Virus record (IMG/VR): IMGVR_UViG_2721755712_000002
Strand: one strand, 5' to 3'
Length of the DNA stretch: 10,019 nt
From: a virus
Lineage: Duplodnaviria > Heunggongvirae > Uroviricota > Caudoviricetes
Part shown: one piece after another, positions 6,983 to 10,019 of the stretch
How the letters are laid out: every line of letters begins with the position of its first letter
How positions within the stretch are numbered: position 1 is the first letter of the stretch
Translations under genes and position numbers: made by a program
Notes under the pieces: generated by a model
Seen by the model: the letters and a program-made list of their open reading frames with translations, nothing else
Told to the model about the DNA's origin: nothing
The model's database searches: none

Positions 6983-7414
6983 TTAGGCGGCGTTAAACGC
7001 GTCCGGGTAGAGTTTCAGAATGTCGGCAATTTCCTGCTGAGAAAGTCCGTTGTGATCATTTATGTTCGCAAGATGGTTAACATGAGTGATCACTTTCAGA
7101 ACATCACCACGGCAGGAGAAACGGTAGCGAAGGTGTGTTCCGATACCATCAGGATTCTTTTCGTCGATACGCTCCAGAGTGATTCCAAGCTGGCGTTCTA
7201 ACTCTGTTGCATAGTTACGACCAGAAGACAGACGGCAGTAGCGAAGAATGTCATTTTCTGTCCATCCCTCTATACCAGTACGCAGCATATAGACTCGGGC
7301 ACGATGCTTTTTCGGTGTGCGCTTTGGTGCTTGAAGGGATTTTGTAAGGGGCGTAATATCAGATACGCGAATATCTGAATTAGCCGCCTGTAATGGGCGG
7401 TTTTTCTTTTCCAT
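6983..7414 (-). CDS. Hypothetical protein (143 aa), possibly DNA-binding; basic N-terminus
   Basis: ATG 7414..7412 overlaps the alpA stop. Lys/Arg-rich N-terminal segment (APKRTPKKHRAR), then a region that could be a winged helix. Codon usage consistent with neighbours. No family recognised. Confidence 0.65.
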   Translation of the reverse strand: MEKKNRPLQAANSDIRVSDITPLTKSLQAPKRTPKKHRARVYMLRTGIEGWTENDILRYCRLSSGRNYATELERQLGITLERIDEKNPDGIGTHLRYRFSCRGDVLKVITHVNHLANINDHNGLSQQEIADILKLYPDAFNAA

Positions 7415-7632
7415 CAGGCCACCTTCCCGCGGCGTTCTGCCAGCCAGTTATTAATTTCCACCGCATCAAACGCAGTCACGTTATCTGTTAGCTTCACTGG
7501 GCGTGGAAGAGTGCCATTTTTAACCCATCTATCAATAGTAGGCAGTGAAACACCTAGCAATTCCGGCATGCGAAAGCGACGGATGTATCCAGTTGTTGGG
7601 ATAGCTGATGATGCTGGCTTGTGTACTGTCAT
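7414..7632 (-). CDS. alpA: AlpA-family transcriptional regulator / excisionase-like DNA-binding protein (72 aa)
   Basis: Motif RMPELLGVSLPTIDRWVKNGTLPRPVKL matches the AlpA/Xis-type helix-turn-helix signature (TI-x-RW-x-K-x-G-x-P-x-P-x-KL). First gene after the AT-rich control region. Stop TGA overlaps the next ATG (TGATG). Confidence 0.8.
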   Translation of the reverse strand: MTVHKPASSAIPTTGYIRRFRMPELLGVSLPTIDRWVKNGTLPRPVKLTDNVTAFDAVEINNWLAERRGKVA

Positions 7633-7713
7633 GTCTCTAGTAACCTCTCTGATAGCTCATGAAGTTACTTAAAGTTTAGTGGTTGCCCATACAGTATTTC
7701 TATTAAGACTAGA

Positions 7714-7769
7714 ATCTATTGAAAGAAATTATAAATCTATTGAAAAAATACCGATCCACTGAAAGATTG
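7714..7769. promoter_or_regulatory. Three direct repeats of a (T)CTATTGAAA(G/A)A-like motif at 21-22 bp spacing, upstream of the AlpA-like gene; putative regulator or nucleoid-protein binding sites
   Basis: ATCTATTGAAAGAAATT at 7714..7730, ATCTATTGAAAAAATAC at 7735..7751, partial copy CCACTGAAAGATTG at 7756..7769. They sit 85-135 bp upstream of the minus-strand start at 7632, in a roughly 30% GC region. Confidence 0.35.
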
Positions 7770-7923
7770 CAAATGCAGGTGGGATAATTATTTTCTTTAT
7801 TTTCAATTAGTTACCAGTTTAAAAAATCATTGTTTTATCAAAGAGTTATATCTTTCATCGTCATTCATCATGTTTTTACATTTCTTTTTATCTTTTATTA
7901 TTCAATTGGTTGAGTCGGTTTAT

Positions 7924-7960
7924 AATGGCTCATGATGGCTTAAAATGGCTAATGATAGCT
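7924..7960. repeat. Tandem direct repeat, two 17-bp units with 20-bp period (AATGGCTCATGATGGCT / AATGGCTAATGATAGCT)
   Basis: Read directly: units at 7924..7940 and 7944..7960, 15 of 17 identical. A perfect TATAAT hexamer sits at 7921..7926 on the plus strand. Lies in the AT-rich integrase-proximal intergenic region. Confidence 0.5.
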
Positions 7961-8103
7961 GGCGTATCTTTTAGAGATGGGGTGATTACAGATGAACTAA
8001 GCCGAACAGATATAGCAATGGCTAGGCATAGAATTATCTATGCTGGTGGAGATGGGTAAACAGGTAATGCCCCGCCATTGCTTTGGAGGGGCGTGAAAAG
8101 TGA

Positions 8104-8754
8104 TTAGTCGAGATCGTGGACAGCTAATAAAGCCCGTGAGATTTTTTCTAGGAATGTGGCTTTTGCTATTCCTTTATGGGATATCCCTTCATCCTTGATT
8201 AAGGTTTCTATGTCACGGTATATAGCTGTGCGATTAGGTTTCCCATTTTGGATGTAGGAAGATGAGCCTGATTTTTTTATCAGCAGATGTACTATCAACC
8301 CCATCATTTTCATTGTCCCGTTTTCCTCATCCTGCTTTCTATGCTGCCCACGTCCGCTGCGGTTGGTTTCTTTGATGTAGTTTACTAACTGGAGTCCTCC
8401 AAGGTTTCGGGCTTTTTCTTCCCAGCCCTTGGTGCCACGCAAATCATCAATCGCTTCTGATATTTTCTGAACAATTATTTCTGGTGTATTTGTGTCAATA
8501 AATGGGTAAGAAGCTAAGAAAATATCAAGGGCATGGCAAGGCTCATCTTTACTAGTTTTTTCACCTCTGTACACCTTGATAGCTCTGGCAAGATGAGTTC
8601 TGACAAAATCGACATATTCGAAATTTTCCTCAGGCACATCGCTAATGCGCATAGATGGGTTTAGGCCAGCCAAGGCCACAGCCATTTCATGAGGGGTAAT
8701 CGATACAGATGAACAAAGCCGTTCGATTGGCGATTTTCTCAAGATGTTGTTCAC
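8104..8754 (-). CDS. Hypothetical protein (216 aa), AT-rich cargo gene translationally coupled to the integrase; function unknown
   Basis: ORF starts at GTG 8754..8752, overlapping the integrase stop TGA (ATGTGA); alternative in-frame ATG at 8685. About 40% GC in the counted segments against about 50% for the integrase. Stop TAA at 8104. No motif I can recognise. Confidence 0.6.
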   Translation of the reverse strand: MNNILRKSPIERLCSSVSITPHEMAVALAGLNPSMRISDVPEENFEYVDFVRTHLARAIKVYRGEKTSKDEPCHALDIFLASYPFIDTNTPEIIVQKISEAIDDLRGTKGWEEKARNLGGLQLVNYIKETNRSGRGQHRKQDEENGTMKMMGLIVHLLIKKSGSSSYIQNGKPNRTAIYRDIETLIKDEGISHKGIAKATFLEKISRALLAVHDLD

Positions 8755-10019
8755 ATTTGCCTCCGGGCTTTATCGAATGGCGTTACGTTGTAGTCTTTCC
8801 CGCTTTCCAGTGCCACCAGCAGATCTGCCCACTGTGCCAGTGCTGCTTTACGCTCATCAAAATACTGATGACGGTTATAAATCCCCTCTACGCCCTTAAT
8901 GCGATGATTGAGGCATCGTTCCGCCACGACAGGATCAACACCCAATGCTGCTAAATGAGTACGTGCGGTGCGTCGGAAGTCGTGAATCGTGAAATTAGGC
9001 ACATCCGGCATTTCGGCGCGAACCTTAGCCAGTGCTACGGGTAAAGTGCTTTCCTGAATATGTGGGATCATTCTGTTTTGCATCTTCCTGGCCGGAAGCA
9101 CCCATGCGCTATTACATGAAAAGGTGTGTAGCTCTCTCAACCATTCAACGGCTGGGGAAGGTAGAGGTATATCAATAGGGTCTCCGTTTTTGCTGCGTTC
9201 TTCCGGCAAATGCCATACCGCACCATCTAAATCAAACTCTTCCCATCGTGCGGCGCATAACTCCATCTTACGAACGCATAGTGCCAGCAATAGCTTAAAT
9301 GTCAGTTCGTTCTGGCGGCTGAATCCTTTTGCGGTGCGCATAGCCTCGAATAGCCTGATAAGCTCATCGCGAGTTAGCCAACGGTCGCGGGAAACCTCTT
9401 TACCACCAGCATCAGATACTTCAAACGCTGAACAAGGGTTTATCTCCAGAGCGTGGCGTTTTATCCCATAGTCAAAGATACGGCGTGTCCAGCGTAATAC
9501 ATCTGTTGCTATCGTTGGTGCTCCTCGGTCAACGATACCTTTTAACATGTCGTCAATGTGACGTGGCTTAACGTCCTCTACCTTCATATGCCCAATGCAG
9601 GGGTTAATATCCTTATCAATTCTCCGGCGAAGGATATCGGGATGTTTCCATCTCGGAAGTATCTGTCGCTCGAAGTATTCGGCGGCCAGATCTGAAACGC
9701 GCATGGCGTTTTTCTCAGCCTCCATTTTTGCCAGTGCTTCAGCTTTTCGTTCCTGTTTTTCTGCTGCTACGTCATAGCCAAGAGCAACTCTGGCTGACAG
9801 CTCTTTTGCTGTTTCTCTGGCTTTTGATAGTGACAGTTCGGAGTAAGAGCCGATAACCATAGCCCGCTGTTTTCCTGCGAGCTTATATCGGAATCGCCAG
9901 AACGGGACTGTGTAGTTTTTGGGGTAGCAAATATAAAGGCCGTTGCCGTCTGCCTTGCCATCAAATCTGTCTCCCGCCTTTATCCATGCGCGGATCTGCA
10001 TATCTGTGAGTTTTGGCAT
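8751..10019 (-). CDS. int: Tyrosine recombinase / site-specific integrase, P4 family (422 aa)
   Basis: The ATG is the last three bases of the window. N-terminus MPKLTDMQIRAWIKAG...GNGLYICY...WRFRYKLAGKQ is typical of the P4-integrase arm-binding region. C-terminal catalytic region contains HDFRRT (His-x-x-Arg), LNH and GIYNRHQY (candidate tyrosine nucleophile). Family assignment is from recalled motifs, not a search. Confidence 0.9.
   Translation of the reverse strand: MPKLTDMQIRAWIKAGDRFDGKADGNGLYICYPKNYTVPFWRFRYKLAGKQRAMVIGSYSELSLSKARETAKELSARVALGYDVAAEKQERKAEALAKMEAEKNAMRVSDLAAEYFERQILPRWKHPDILRRRIDKDINPCIGHMKVEDVKPRHIDDMLKGIVDRGAPTIATDVLRWTRRIFDYGIKRHALEINPCSAFEVSDAGGKEVSRDRWLTRDELIRLFEAMRTAKGFSRQNELTFKLLLALCVRKMELCAARWEEFDLDGAVWHLPEERSKNGDPIDIPLPSPAVEWLRELHTFSCNSAWVLPARKMQNRMIPHIQESTLPVALAKVRAEMPDVPNFTIHDFRRTARTHLAALGVDPVVAERCLNHRIKGVEGIYNRHQYFDERKAALAQWADLLVALESGKDYNVTPFDKARRQM

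Larger units (their letters stand above)
1..10019 (-). mobile_element. Internal part of an integrase-bounded integrative element (prophage/satellite/PICI-like); the window does not reach either end
   Basis: P4-type integrase at the right edge followed by an AlpA-like regulator, an antirepressor and a primase-helicase-like gene, all on one strand with overlapping start/stop codons; this is the typical layout of such islands. No att sites lie within the window. Confidence 0.6.

Noticed and set aside
8069-8092. GC-rich hairpin (GCCCC...GGGGC) just downstream of the 216-aa gene as a terminator
   Set aside because: No U-tract follows on either strand, so it is not a convincing intrinsic terminator.
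293-9777. All plus-strand ORFs in the track (293..496, 1076..1300, 1406..1627, 1569..1784, 1703..1936, 2043..2237, 2259..2570, 2344..2547, 2734..2991, 5118..5327, 5443..5697, 5899..6192, 8709..8954, 9124..9471, 9595..9777)
   Set aside because: Each is antisense to a stronger minus-strand gene or spans repeat or regulatory DNA. Several start at non-ATG codons, and their translations are low in complexity with Cys, Arg and Ser biases typical of off-frame reading.
209-9964. Minus-strand ORFs nested out of frame inside larger genes (209..403, 391..591, 1072..1278, 2208..2402, 2299..2520, 2930..3157, 3944..4156, 6625..6846, 9767..9964)
   Set aside because: They lie in alternative frames of well-supported genes, or in non-coding DNA with a non-ATG start, and have no ribosome-binding site and poor composition.

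Overview
The window lies inside a horizontally acquired integrative element (prophage-, satellite- or PICI-like) bounded on the right by a complete P4-family tyrosine integrase (8751..10019, minus strand). Every credible gene is on the minus strand. From right to left: the integrase; a 216-aa AT-rich cargo gene whose start overlaps the integrase stop; a very AT-rich 470-bp control region with direct repeats; then a tightly coupled operon of ten genes (AlpA-like regulator, a 143-aa protein, an AntA/KilAC-type antirepressor, several small proteins, and a 259-aa protein resembling the C-terminal part of a primase-helicase). Left of that is a two-gene module (76 aa + 245 aa, no recognisable function) bracketed by two clusters of GGTGGTACAGGT iteron-like repeats. 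A 600-bp non-coding region follows (palindrome, intrinsic terminator), then a small possibly ribbon-helix-helix protein, a 447-aa Q/N/G-rich protein and a 107-aa repeat-containing protein. No rRNA, tRNA or CRISPR array was seen. The most interesting candidates for an undescribed system are the iteron-bracketed 76/245-aa module and the integrase-coupled 216-aa gene. All product assignments rest on motifs recalled from memory, since no homology search could be run, and several gene products remain unknown.
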